Shown here: piece after piece, positions 1 to 8,943 of the stretch | Numbering within the stretch: the first letter of the stretch is position 1 | How the letters are laid out: each line of letters opens with the position of its first letter | Source: Parachlamydiaceae bacterium | GTDB taxonomy: Bacteria > Chlamydiota > Chlamydiia > Chlamydiales > Parachlamydiaceae | NCBI GenBank assembly: GCA_013813265.1 | Contig: JACCRY010000075.1 | Coordinates: 150 to 64,149 of the forward strand | Length of the DNA: 64,000 nucleotides | Direction of reading: 5' to 3' | The notes under the pieces: generated by a model | The model's database searches: none | What the model was told of the DNA's origin: nothing | Seen by the model: the letters and a program-made list of their open reading frames with translations, nothing else | Position numbers and translations under genes: made by a program

Positions 1-260
1 TCGATGCAGTGGATGCTTCAGATCAAACACTAACTCCCTATTTTGATCATTATTTGAACTGGCTTCTGCACTTATATAAACCTATCAATGAATTTAAAGA
101 AATTTTAACTGTTCAGAAAATGCGATTATCAACAAGTGTTGAACTGGATCTTTCTATGGCTTACCTGAGTATTGAAGGAAAGTTAAAAAAATTAGTGGTA
201 AAAAATCATATCCTATATTCACACAAATTGCATGCGCTAATTATCTTCCAGTGGTATTAA
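1..260 (+). CDS. 3-prime end of an ORF entering from the left window edge (hypothetical protein)
   Basis: The frame of track ORF 9..260 stays open back to base 3. No recognisable motif. The stop at 258-260 overlaps the GTG start of the next ORF by 10 nt. Confidence 0.4.
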   Translation, partial: DAVDASDQTLTPYFDHYLNWLLHLYKPINEFKEILTVQKMRLSTSVELDLSMAYLSIEGKLKKLVVKNHILYSHKLHALIIFQWY

Positions 261-904
261 GAGCAAAGGCTTGTAAGTCTCTTGCATTGCATAGCAAGCA
301 AAAGTTTGATTTTGGGTTGCCCACCGATCCAGGACATTGGAAAGAAAACGATTTGCCTTTAAAAGAGTTATTGCAATGGGAAAAAGAAGGCTATCCAGAA
401 GGTAAAGGTTATGTTGAACCTGAAGTAAATCCGTCACTCTCAAATCCTACCAGCCCTTTGGAAGTAGCTTGCGCAAATTTAGAAAAATTTCTTGCTAAAG
501 CGCGCTCGGATTCTTTTGACCCTGCGAACCCCACCAACATTCTATTTAAAGGGGATAGGAATGAAATCGATAAAATAATTGAAAAATGGAAATTACCTTC
601 CATCTATTTGGATTTTTTAACACGTTTTTCTCCTTTAAATGTGGATATATACAGTTCAAATTTTGTTATTTTTTTGCACTTATATGGTACTTCAGATTTA
701 TTGAAAGAACGTCGTCGTTTTTTGGAACCTATTCCATCAGAATATATCATTATTGGAGCTGATGGTCATGATGTTTATGTCATGGACCTTACAAAATCTG
801 ATGGATTCGATGCACCCATTTTATATAGGGGTGAGGGAGAAGATAATTTTGTAAAATACACAGATTCATTCGTGAAGTTTTTAGGTAAACTTTGTAAGAA
901 ATAG
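251..904 (+). CDS. SMI1/KNR4 (SUKH-1)-like protein, possible immunity protein
   Basis: 217-aa ORF. The C-terminal half has the SUKH-like pattern LPSIYLDFLTRFSP ... IIIGADGHDVYVMDL ... FVKYTDSFVKFL. The start overlaps the upstream ORF. Confidence 0.5.
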   Translation: MVLRAKACKSLALHSKQKFDFGLPTDPGHWKENDLPLKELLQWEKEGYPEGKGYVEPEVNPSLSNPTSPLEVACANLEKFLAKARSDSFDPANPTNILFKGDRNEIDKIIEKWKLPSIYLDFLTRFSPLNVDIYSSNFVIFLHLYGTSDLLKERRRFLEPIPSEYIIIGADGHDVYVMDLTKSDGFDAPILYRGEGEDNFVKYTDSFVKFLGKLCKK

Positions 905-917
905 ATTTGCAAGAACT

Positions 918-939
918 CCTCCTGCGAGACGCAGCAGGC
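918..939. repeat. GC-rich hairpin CCTCCTGCG-AGA-CGCAGCAGG, copy 1 of a repeated ~35-nt unit
   Basis: 9-bp stem with one mismatch, 14 nt after the stop at 904. The core and 3-prime flank (GCAGCAGGCATATTAACTAT) recur at 7396-7430. Confidence 0.6.
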
Positions 940-1085
940 ATATTAACTATGGACTTTTGTCATTACATCCAAAAGGCCTAAATAGCAACTTTTATCGTGA
1001 ATAAAATAAATCTTAAAGCATAAGAGAGGTATAAGTACTTACCCGATGGCCCTTGAAGCAAACTGAGAGTAGAGCTAAGAATTCG

Positions 1086-1107
1086 CGCCCTCGACAAGTC
1101 GAGGGCG
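1086..1107 (-). terminator. Hairpin CGCCCTCGAC-AA-GTCGAGGGCG downstream of rseP
   Basis: 10-bp GC-rich palindrome 35 nt beyond the rseP stop. There is no clear U-tract, so terminator function is uncertain. Confidence 0.3.
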
Positions 1108-1141
1108 AACAAAGCAGAGACAGGTCACCGCTTTCCCTATT

Positions 1142-3118
1142 TTATTTCCAAAGTCCAAATAAACGTAAAACGTCATTATACGTTACAAAGACAAAGAAAC
1201 AGATAAGCAATATAGCAAATGGAACGATCAGTCGTTCAAGCGTTTTAGGCTTAAGCTTCCTGCCCGTTAGAAGTTCGAACAAGGAAAGGACAATAACTCC
1301 TCCATCCAGTACAGGTATTGGAAGCAAATTCAATACACCCAAATTCATACTAATGACCCCAAGCCAAAATAAGGCTTCTTTGTAGCCTAACATCCAACTG
1401 TCGTGAACTGCGCGAACAATTCCTACTGGACCGCTCAACCAATCACGTGAAGCAGGTCGCTCAAAAATTGCATAAAACACACGAGATAGCTCTTTAAATA
1501 CATTTTTAAACAGTTCAATAGCGGAAGGGTTATACGTCACCTTACGGTCTTGAATAGGTAAACCAATCAAGAAACGTTCTTCATAAGGTTTCCATGAAGC
1601 GAGCATCTGCCCACGTCTCACAGGATCCTCAATTGATTCAATCTCTTTTAAACTTGCTTTCGATTCATTGCTCAATAGAGCCAAATCTTCAGGTGTCCGA
1701 TCAAATTCTTTTGACGGCAATGGAGTGATAGGTTTTAAAAGAGCTAGATTTCCAGAAGAAGTTATTTCTTTTTCAGTCCCAATACTTGAAGCAATGCGAT
1801 TGATATTTTGCATATCGATATGTTTATCAAAATCAAAATCACTTACTTTTGAGCCAATTTTCTGTATAGCAGAGCCATCGCGCTGCACCATGATATTCAC
1901 ATGGCGTGTCTGAAGATCTTTTAGTAGTTCATAAGACTTTTCGACTCGGATCCCATCAATAGCCAAGATACGATCTCCAGGCTGGAGAGAACCTTCCAAA
2001 GCTGAGAAAGGAACTGTCGGGAAAGCTAAGAGAGATTTTTCAGAATCAAGGAATGAAAGAGCATTTTCAACAATACAGTCATTAGTCAAATTATAAGGTA
2101 GAACATACAGATCTTGTAATTTGATATTTTTTAATTGAGCTTCAAACTGCCAGTCAGAGATTTCTTCTTTAAAAGCAGGATCTAACTTAAGTTCACGTAC
2201 ATTAACGCGTGGGATACGCATTAAACTTACGTCATTCCCCCGCTTAATCGTCAGCAATACACGCCCATCATTCAAAATATCTTCAAGTTGCTTATTTGAG
2301 AAAACAAGTTCCCCATCTACCCAAATTACACGATCACCATATTGGAGTCCACTTTCCAACAACGGGGAACGTGGGGACAGAGGGTTTTCAGCATTATTAG
2401 GGAGGCGATTATAAATGAGATAATGGGCGGGTGACATGACCCCAAGGGTCATTTTTCCTTTACCTCTGACTTCAGGATGCTGATATGGAGCAACTTTATA
2501 CTCAAAAGGAGTCTTTTCTCCTGTTACATAATCTTCTTTAATGCCTTGAACATTCACCTGATCAGATGCAAGAACAACGGCATATTTATGATCGGCGATT
2601 CCTTGAAAAGGATGATCATCGTACGCTATAATTTCATCACCAGGACGAATCCCCTTAGCATACAATTCAGATTGAGGATCAACCCAGCCAATCTTTGAAG
2701 TTACTTCAACAAAGCTTTTTTCACGACCTCCAAAACTCCATAGAATTCCAAAAGCAATGAATGCAAATAGTAAATTAACTAGAGGTCCCATCAAGGCAAC
2801 TTTGATTCGTGCCCAAGGCCCTCTACCGTAAAAACCATCTTTTATCGAATAAGGATCTACTTCTGAATCCGTTTCAGCTCCGGCGATCTTGACATATCCA
2901 CCAAAAGGCAGCCAACCGATCTGCCATTTCGTCCCATCATGCATCCATGAGAAAATGGGTCTACCAAAACCAATAGCGAACGTCTCAACACGCATTCCTA
3001 CGCGTTTAGCCATCCAGTAATGTCCAAGCTCATGGATAAAAATAAGAAAACCTAGACCTAATACCGCTAACAGGGTGTAAAACAAGCTGACAAGTGCCAT
3101 AGTTAGTATAACCTTCAT
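1142..3118 (-). CDS. rseP: RseP-type site-2 (M50) zinc metalloprotease with PDZ domains
   Basis: 658 aa. HExxH (FIHELGHYW) in the first TM region, PDZ-like segments (GIRPGDEIIAYD, LQPGDRILAIDG), and a C-terminal NLLPIPVLDGG motif. Confidence 0.85.
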   Translation of the reverse strand: MKVILTMALVSLFYTLLAVLGLGFLIFIHELGHYWMAKRVGMRVETFAIGFGRPIFSWMHDGTKWQIGWLPFGGYVKIAGAETDSEVDPYSIKDGFYGRGPWARIKVALMGPLVNLLFAFIAFGILWSFGGREKSFVEVTSKIGWVDPQSELYAKGIRPGDEIIAYDDHPFQGIADHKYAVVLASDQVNVQGIKEDYVTGEKTPFEYKVAPYQHPEVRGKGKMTLGVMSPAHYLIYNRLPNNAENPLSPRSPLLESGLQYGDRVIWVDGELVFSNKQLEDILNDGRVLLTIKRGNDVSLMRIPRVNVRELKLDPAFKEEISDWQFEAQLKNIKLQDLYVLPYNLTNDCIVENALSFLDSEKSLLAFPTVPFSALEGSLQPGDRILAIDGIRVEKSYELLKDLQTRHVNIMVQRDGSAIQKIGSKVSDFDFDKHIDMQNINRIASSIGTEKEITSSGNLALLKPITPLPSKEFDRTPEDLALLSNESKASLKEIESIEDPVRRGQMLASWKPYEERFLIGLPIQDRKVTYNPSAIELFKNVFKELSRVFYAIFERPASRDWLSGPVGIVRAVHDSWMLGYKEALFWLGVISMNLGVLNLLPIPVLDGGVIVLSLFELLTGRKLKPKTLERLIVPFAILLICFFVFVTYNDVLRLFGLWK

Positions 3119-3294
3119 TTAAAGCTGCAGTCGCAAAAATAAAACACATATAAGTTGATAGCATAGCAGAAGTTCAAGCTAAAAGCTAGCCAAATTTCAC
3201 TAGAGCTGTTCATGTGTTTGACTAGCAAGCGTTTCTACTTGTCATTGATGCCTTTCAACTGCTATACAGCGTTTAATACTCATGGCAGGTTATA

Positions 3295-5079
3295 ATGACT
3301 TTTTTTTACACGTTTACAGCTTCTTTTTTATTTTGGCTTTTGACGACATTGAATATATTAGTACAAGCCGTGGAAGTTGATATAGACATCAAACCTCAAT
3401 TCTTCGGCTCAGCGCCTATAGAAGGAACAGTCATCGTTTCCCACTCCAAAGAAGAAAAAGTAGATCCTGAAAGTTTTAAATTAGGGACCGAAACCTTTAA
3501 AGTCGAACTGATCAAGGAAGAACCGATGACTGCATCAGGGGACCTTATCCTTTCACTCTATCATTTTAAATTACCTCCAAGACTCAAAGGACCACACATC
3601 TTTCGTGAAGTCACGGTTGATGTTGGAGGAACAAAATACCAGTCAGTTCCTAGAACCTTCGAGGTTAAGGATGCACCCGCAAGCACCCCCTCTGCTCCTG
3701 CTAAATATGACACTCCAACCGAGCAACCACCTTCTCAACAACCCGCTTCATCTCAAACTGCAAGCATTCCACCCTTTTTACAACTCAAAACCTATGTTGG
3801 GGGCCCAGAAGAACTTTATCCAGGACAACAAATTATCATCGGCTACCGCTATTTTTACACAGGCAACATCGACACCACCCAGGAGGTTATTCCCCTACTT
3901 GAAGCAGAGGGATTTACAAAAATTGGCGACAAAGTGATTACAGAGAGAGAGTTGAACGGGTTGAGCGTCCGGCAGATCACACAAAAAATCGAAGCTAAGC
4001 AGCCAGGAGAATATACATTTGGCCCTTCACTTCTTGAAGGATATGCTTATGAGAGTGATTTGGGACGAAAAGTTTATGCAAAAGAAAAACTTTCCTCTAG
4101 CGCAGCTGCAGTTGTTCTTCGGGTCTCTCCCTTTCCCGAAGATGGCAAACCACCTTCCTTCAATGGAGCTATTGGAAAATTCGTTTGGACAGTCAAATTA
4201 ATCTCTCCAACCACTGTACATACGGGAGATGAGGTTGAACTCTCAATTGATGTTAAAGGAGACGGCAACCTTGACAGCGTTAAGCTCCCTGAACTCTGCT
4301 GTCAACCTGGCATGAGCGGTCTGTTCAGCTTAAGTGACCTTCCTCCAGTAGGCGAATTAAAAGGAGATACAAAACATTTCGATGTTAAATTAAGACCTCT
4401 CTCGACTTCCATTAAAGCATTGCCTAAATTAGAGTTTTCATATTTCGATCCAGAAACGAAAAAATATGTTATTTTTCATAGTGATCCGATACCCCTTTCA
4501 GTGGTTCCGTTAGATACTTCAAAGCCAAGCGTTAAAAATCTTCCAATACCCGACACGACACCTGCAGAAGAAACTCAACAGAAGCAAGCGCTTGCCACTA
4601 ATTCCTCTGTTGAAGCGATTAATACGGAGAGCTCGTATCCTTTACAAGAAAAAGATTTACACAATTTACCATTCGGCACATGGTGGTCTTTGTTAATCCT
4701 TCCATTCGGATGCGCTGCGCTTCTTTATCAATACAATTTGTTTAAATATTTAGAAGCAATTAAATCAAAACCAAAAATCATAGATAGTGAAGATCTTTTC
4801 TCTCAAGCTCAAGCAGCGCCATTAGGATCTGCTGAAGCGCACGAACTTCTTTGCCAAGCTTTCTTGCATCGACTTGCGGAAACTGGAGAAATTAATTCAC
4901 CGGAAATCAATCCCGAAGCCCTTCCAACCACAGGGATTATTGGAGAAGTGCGTACTCTTTTACTTGCACTGGAAGAAACCCGTTATGCAGGCAGAGAAAC
5001 GCGGGATAAAGAAGAAACTCTAATGAAAAATGCTCGTCATTTATTTGAAAAACTTAAAATTGATGGAGGGGTATCGTGA
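3295..5079 (+). CDS. BatD-like membrane protein (aerotolerance-operon type)
   Basis: 594 aa. N-terminal signal/TM, Pro/Ser/Gln-rich linker, one C-terminal TM (WWSLLILPFGCAALLY) and a helical tail. GTGA overlap with the next gene. Confidence 0.4.
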   Translation: MTFFYTFTASFLFWLLTTLNILVQAVEVDIDIKPQFFGSAPIEGTVIVSHSKEEKVDPESFKLGTETFKVELIKEEPMTASGDLILSLYHFKLPPRLKGPHIFREVTVDVGGTKYQSVPRTFEVKDAPASTPSAPAKYDTPTEQPPSQQPASSQTASIPPFLQLKTYVGGPEELYPGQQIIIGYRYFYTGNIDTTQEVIPLLEAEGFTKIGDKVITERELNGLSVRQITQKIEAKQPGEYTFGPSLLEGYAYESDLGRKVYAKEKLSSSAAAVVLRVSPFPEDGKPPSFNGAIGKFVWTVKLISPTTVHTGDEVELSIDVKGDGNLDSVKLPELCCQPGMSGLFSLSDLPPVGELKGDTKHFDVKLRPLSTSIKALPKLEFSYFDPETKKYVIFHSDPIPLSVVPLDTSKPSVKNLPIPDTTPAEETQQKQALATNSSVEAINTESSYPLQEKDLHNLPFGTWWSLLILPFGCAALLYQYNLFKYLEAIKSKPKIIDSEDLFSQAQAAPLGSAEAHELLCQAFLHRLAETGEINSPEINPEALPTTGIIGEVRTLLLALEETRYAGRETRDKEETLMKNARHLFEKLKIDGGVS

Positions 5080-5906
5080 AACGCCCACTACAAGATCCTT
5101 TCATTTTTATTTGCATTGGAGCTGCACTCTTATTTAGTGTTTATGCCATTTCACAATTTTGGGAAGAAGACCCTAAGCCTTTATTAAAGCAAGCTCAAGA
5201 GTCATATAAAAATGGAGAACTTTCTAAGACTACTCCTGAAAGAACAAAAGATTTTAATCATTCTCTTGAGATACTTTTAGACCTAGAGAAAAAATACGCT
5301 CCCGTTTTTGGCAATGGAAAACTCTACTTCAACCTAGGAAATAACCTTTTTCAACTTGAAGAATACCCGTATGCGTTACTATATTATTACAGATCCGAGC
5401 TATTGCGTCCTCGCGATGAAAAAGTACAGGAGCATATCGCAATTACCCAAAAGCAATTAGGAATTTCGGTCAGTGAAAGCGAAACTCCTTTTGACTGGTT
5501 ATTTTTCTTTCACAATCGACTTTCACTACCTGAAAGGATCCAACTTTTTTTTGCCCTTGCATTACTCATTTTTGGGCTGGCAAGCTGCTATCTTTGGTAT
5601 TCTCGCCGCTGGATTTATATGGCCATCTTCGCTCTTACAATTATCAGCATTCCACTACTTTTGAGTCTTGCTTATAGTTACGCTCTGTCTCCACTTGAAG
5701 CAGTTGTTGTGAAATCAAGCCAACTATACCGTGATGCAGGCCTTTATTATGCTAAGGTCACACCCGAGCCTCTTATGCCTGGACAGAAAGTCAAAGTTTT
5801 AGATGTCAAATTAGCAGGAAAATGGTTTAAAGTTAAAACAAATGAGGGAACAACGGGATTTCTGCCGGAAAATTCTACTAGACTTATTGAAACTAGTTCA
5901 CCTTAA
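5076..5906 (+). CDS. BatE-like TPR / SH3b membrane protein
   Basis: 276 aa. N-terminal TM, TPR-like helices (LGNNLFQLEEYPYALLYYYRS), further TM segments, and a C-terminal SH3b-like GQKVKVLDVKLAGKWFKVKTNEGTTGFLP. Confidence 0.45.
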   Translation: MKRPLQDPFIFICIGAALLFSVYAISQFWEEDPKPLLKQAQESYKNGELSKTTPERTKDFNHSLEILLDLEKKYAPVFGNGKLYFNLGNNLFQLEEYPYALLYYYRSELLRPRDEKVQEHIAITQKQLGISVSESETPFDWLFFFHNRLSLPERIQLFFALALLIFGLASCYLWYSRRWIYMAIFALTIISIPLLLSLAYSYALSPLEAVVVKSSQLYRDAGLYYAKVTPEPLMPGQKVKVLDVKLAGKWFKVKTNEGTTGFLPENSTRLIETSSP

Positions 5907-6043
5907 ATTCTTTTTTTGTATTTTGTATTGCAATATATCCGCGTGAATTTATAATTGATTTTTTAATAATTCAATTATAACAATCAGGCTGCCGATAAGT
6001 GCGAAGAATACTTTAATATTCTTGTGGAAATTAATCGTTTTGA

Positions 6044-7309
6044 AGATGCAGGCATGCGACCTATTTTACTGTCATTATTCCTATCGGGGTTGCCATTGTT
6101 TATGGTCTTTCTCTGTTAGGTAGAGTAAAAGTGGAAGACACGACTTCAGATCTTACGCCTAGTTTTGACCTGAACTCTGAAACAAAAATAAAAACAGCGA
6201 GTCCTATTAGAGTTGATTTTCTGAAAGTTTCCAGAGAATTAAAGCCTATTAAAAAGAAAATGGCAGCCTATATTCATTCAACACTGGAATCTCTGTAAAA
6301 GGAACAAACGACACACAATTCAAAAACATGCTCAGAATCCTTTTCAAAAGAAAAGATGATTGAGCATGCAATAAACAAACTGAACAAAAAAAAATATACT
6401 GATAAAGCAAACCAGGATACTCTAAGGGAAGGATGCAAAAGCGCAATTCTAGATTGGGTAAGCCCCTTTATTGCTGCATACAATCAAAATGAAATAGAAG
6501 TTCTTAAAAAAGAGTACCGGATTACAAATACTGAAATAGTTAATCATCAAGGAAACTCGACGCAAGATGATGCGCTTACAACATTCAAAAAGGGTCTCAT
6601 ATTTGAGGCTTTAAGCAAGCGGATTGAGGCTAAATCCACATTTTGCAATCCAAGTGACTATTTTGGCGACTTTAAATTATTGTTTCTTGATCTGACAAGT
6701 CTACATATTCCTGAATATATTCGAAGGCAGGTATTAAAAGAGAAATTGGTAGAAAATTGCTGCTATTATTGGCAAAATCACAAACCGGTCAAATTACCAC
6801 ATTATGAAAAATACTATTCTCGTAGCAAACAGAAAGATATGGAAGTTTTTTTCAAAAGCGAGACCGCTCAATTTCTTTGCAGAGATCTCGGCATTAAACC
6901 TGAGGAATTAGAATTACTATCTAATGAAAAAAATCTCATTGAAAATTTCAATCGCCAAAGAAAAATTAATAAGAAGGTATTATTTTTACTTGAAAATCGT
7001 AGTTAAGTTTGGGATTATGACCTTTCAATACACATACAACGACTTTTTGAATTTGCAATAGCTCCTGAAATGAAATTTCAAGCCATAATTAATGAATCTA
7101 TATTTGAGTTGATTATGGGGCATTCACCTTTTGAACCTCATAAAGACATAAACGAATTTGATACAATTGCTGAAGCGCCTGAAATGAAACTTCAAGCTGA
7201 AATTAATAAAGATGTCTACCAAACACTTAAACATGGGAAAAAGAAGCCCGTACCGAAAGACCTAAAAAACAAAATGCAGTTATTTGCTCAAATGACATCA
7301 AAAGACTGA
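6044..7309 (+). pseudogene. Disrupted gene: one reading frame broken by two in-frame TAA codons, no start codon for the first piece
   Basis: Frame 2 is open from 6044 to 7309 apart from TAA at 6296-6298 and 7004-7006. It joins an unlisted 55-codon piece (from GTG 6131, preceded in frame by a TM-like TYFTVIIPIGVAIVYGLSLLG) to track ORFs 6356..7006 and 7070..7309. Confidence 0.55.
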
Positions 7310-7395
7310 AGACAAAGAAAGCTAGAGGTGTTCGTGGTAAATGTCATAATGTCAGGGCAGATACCAATGGCATTTCGCCCTTTCTCAGGGTTAAT

Positions 7396-7418
7396 GCCTG
7401 CTGCGAGACGCAGCAGGC
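7396..7418. terminator. Hairpin GCCTGCTGCG-AGA-CGCAGCAGGC between convergent genes (copy 2 of the 918-939 unit)
   Basis: Perfect 10-bp GC stem between the stop at 7309 (+) and the ald stop at 7433 (-). Same core and flank as 918-950. Confidence 0.5.
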
Positions 7419-7432
7419 CACATTGACTATTC

Positions 7433-8557
7433 CTAGGAAATATACTTTATAGGATCCACATAGTCATAACCTAAATCATGAGCTACAGGTTCATTCGTAA
7501 CTTCTCCAAGGCACACATTTAAACCATTACGCAATCCGACGCTCTCAATTGCCTTCCTCCAGCCCTTATTTGCGATTTCCAATGCATAACGAGTTGTTGA
7601 ATTAGTTAACGCTTGAGTAGCAGTTTTAGCGCATGCTCCAGGCATATTGGTTACACAGTAATGAACAATGTCATCAACTACATAAGTAGGATTCTCATGG
7701 GTTGTCGGACGTGATGTTTCGAAACATCCACCTTGGTCAATAGCGATATCCACAACAACTGACCCGGGGTGCATCTGGCGAATCATCTTTTCTGTCACAA
7801 CTTTCGGAGCCATTTTACCTGGAATAAGAACAGCACCGATCACAAGATCTGCAATTTTTATATTTTCTTCTATAGCTTGTGAAGTAGAATATACAGTTTT
7901 AAGTAATGGCCCAAAAAGTGCATCTAAAGCGCGTAAACGTTCCAAATCCGTATCAGCTATAGTTACGTTTGCTCCTAAACCTAAAGCCATACGTGCAGCT
8001 TCTGTGCCTGAAGCTCCTCCACCAATAATCAGGACTTGTGCAGGAAGAACTCCTGGAACTCCTCCAAGCAAAATCCCTTTACCTCCATGATTCATCTGTA
8101 AAGATGTTGCCCCCACTTGAATGGAAATACGACCAGCGATTTCACTCATCGGGATAAGCAATGGCAATTTTCCACGCGCATCTGTTACTGTTTCATAAGC
8201 GATTGCAACGACTCTACTTTTAATAAGAGCTTTAGTCTGAACGGGGTCTGGTGCTAAATGAAAATAGCAGAAAAGAATTTGCTCTTCTTTTAAAAAAGGA
8301 TACTCACTTTTTTGAGGCTCTTTGACCTTAATGATCATTTGTTGTTCATAGATCTCTTCTGCTGTAGCAACAATGCGCGCACCCGCTGCTTCGTACATTT
8401 CATCGCGAAAACCAATTTCATGGCCTGCCATTGTCTGTACAAAAACAAAATGTCCGGCCTCCACTAGCTCACGAACCATGGCAGGAGTAGCACCCACACG
8501 ATACTCATGATTCTTGATCTCTTTAGGGATTCCAATTTTCATACTTTGTTTTTTCAC
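7433..8557 (-). CDS. ald: L-alanine dehydrogenase
   Basis: 374 aa. N-terminus MKIGIPKEIKNHEYRVG, NAD-binding IIGGGASGTEAA, and family-typical length. Confidence 0.9.
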   Translation of the reverse strand: MKKQSMKIGIPKEIKNHEYRVGATPAMVRELVEAGHFVFVQTMAGHEIGFRDEMYEAAGARIVATAEEIYEQQMIIKVKEPQKSEYPFLKEEQILFCYFHLAPDPVQTKALIKSRVVAIAYETVTDARGKLPLLIPMSEIAGRISIQVGATSLQMNHGGKGILLGGVPGVLPAQVLIIGGGASGTEAARMALGLGANVTIADTDLERLRALDALFGPLLKTVYSTSQAIEENIKIADLVIGAVLIPGKMAPKVVTEKMIRQMHPGSVVVDIAIDQGGCFETSRPTTHENPTYVVDDIVHYCVTNMPGACAKTATQALTNSTTRYALEIANKGWRKAIESVGLRNGLNVCLGEVTNEPVAHDLGYDYVDPIKYIS

Positions 8558-8654
8558 GCTAAACTCCTCATATTTTTAAAGCTAGAATTCCTAGAAAGCG
8601 AATAAGATTCAAGGGAAAAAAGGAGATAAAGCTAAATTTGACGAAAACACACTT

Positions 8655-8814
8655 GTACACCATTTCATTTAAATTGTGGGGGTGGGCTGCGTCAAAGCCC
8701 CGGGGTTGTAACAAAAAAAATGGGTTCATATGCCCATATTAACCCATTTTTTTTGTTGCAACCGCGGGAGCTTTCACGCTAGCCCGACCCGACAATTTAA
8801 ATGAAATGGTGTAC
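8655..8814. repeat. 160-bp imperfect palindrome in the ald/clpC divergent intergenic region
   Basis: Left arm GTACACCATTTCATTTAAATTGT...GGTTGTAACAAAAAAAATGGGTT. The reverse complement of the right arm reads GTACACCATTTCATTTAAATTGT...GGTTGCAACAAAAAAAATGGGTT. Short central loop. Confidence 0.85.
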
Positions 8815-8943
8815 TAAATCATTTCTCGTGTTTATCCTTTCCAAAAACTGATACAATGCATAGAATTAAGTCATGCGCCTGCTCTATTAAATGGAGCTTC
8901 GCTACCCCCAGTACTACAACGCCTTCAAACAAGAGAGCATGAC

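Noticed and set aside
6296-6298. Recurrent in-frame TAA codons (6296, 7004, 47795, 16236/16266) as evidence for TAA reassignment or programmed readthrough
   Set aside because: TAA plainly terminates conserved genes in this window (rseP, rpsI, hemW, rpsU, the GxxExxY gene) at the expected protein ends. Pseudogenisation is the simpler explanation.
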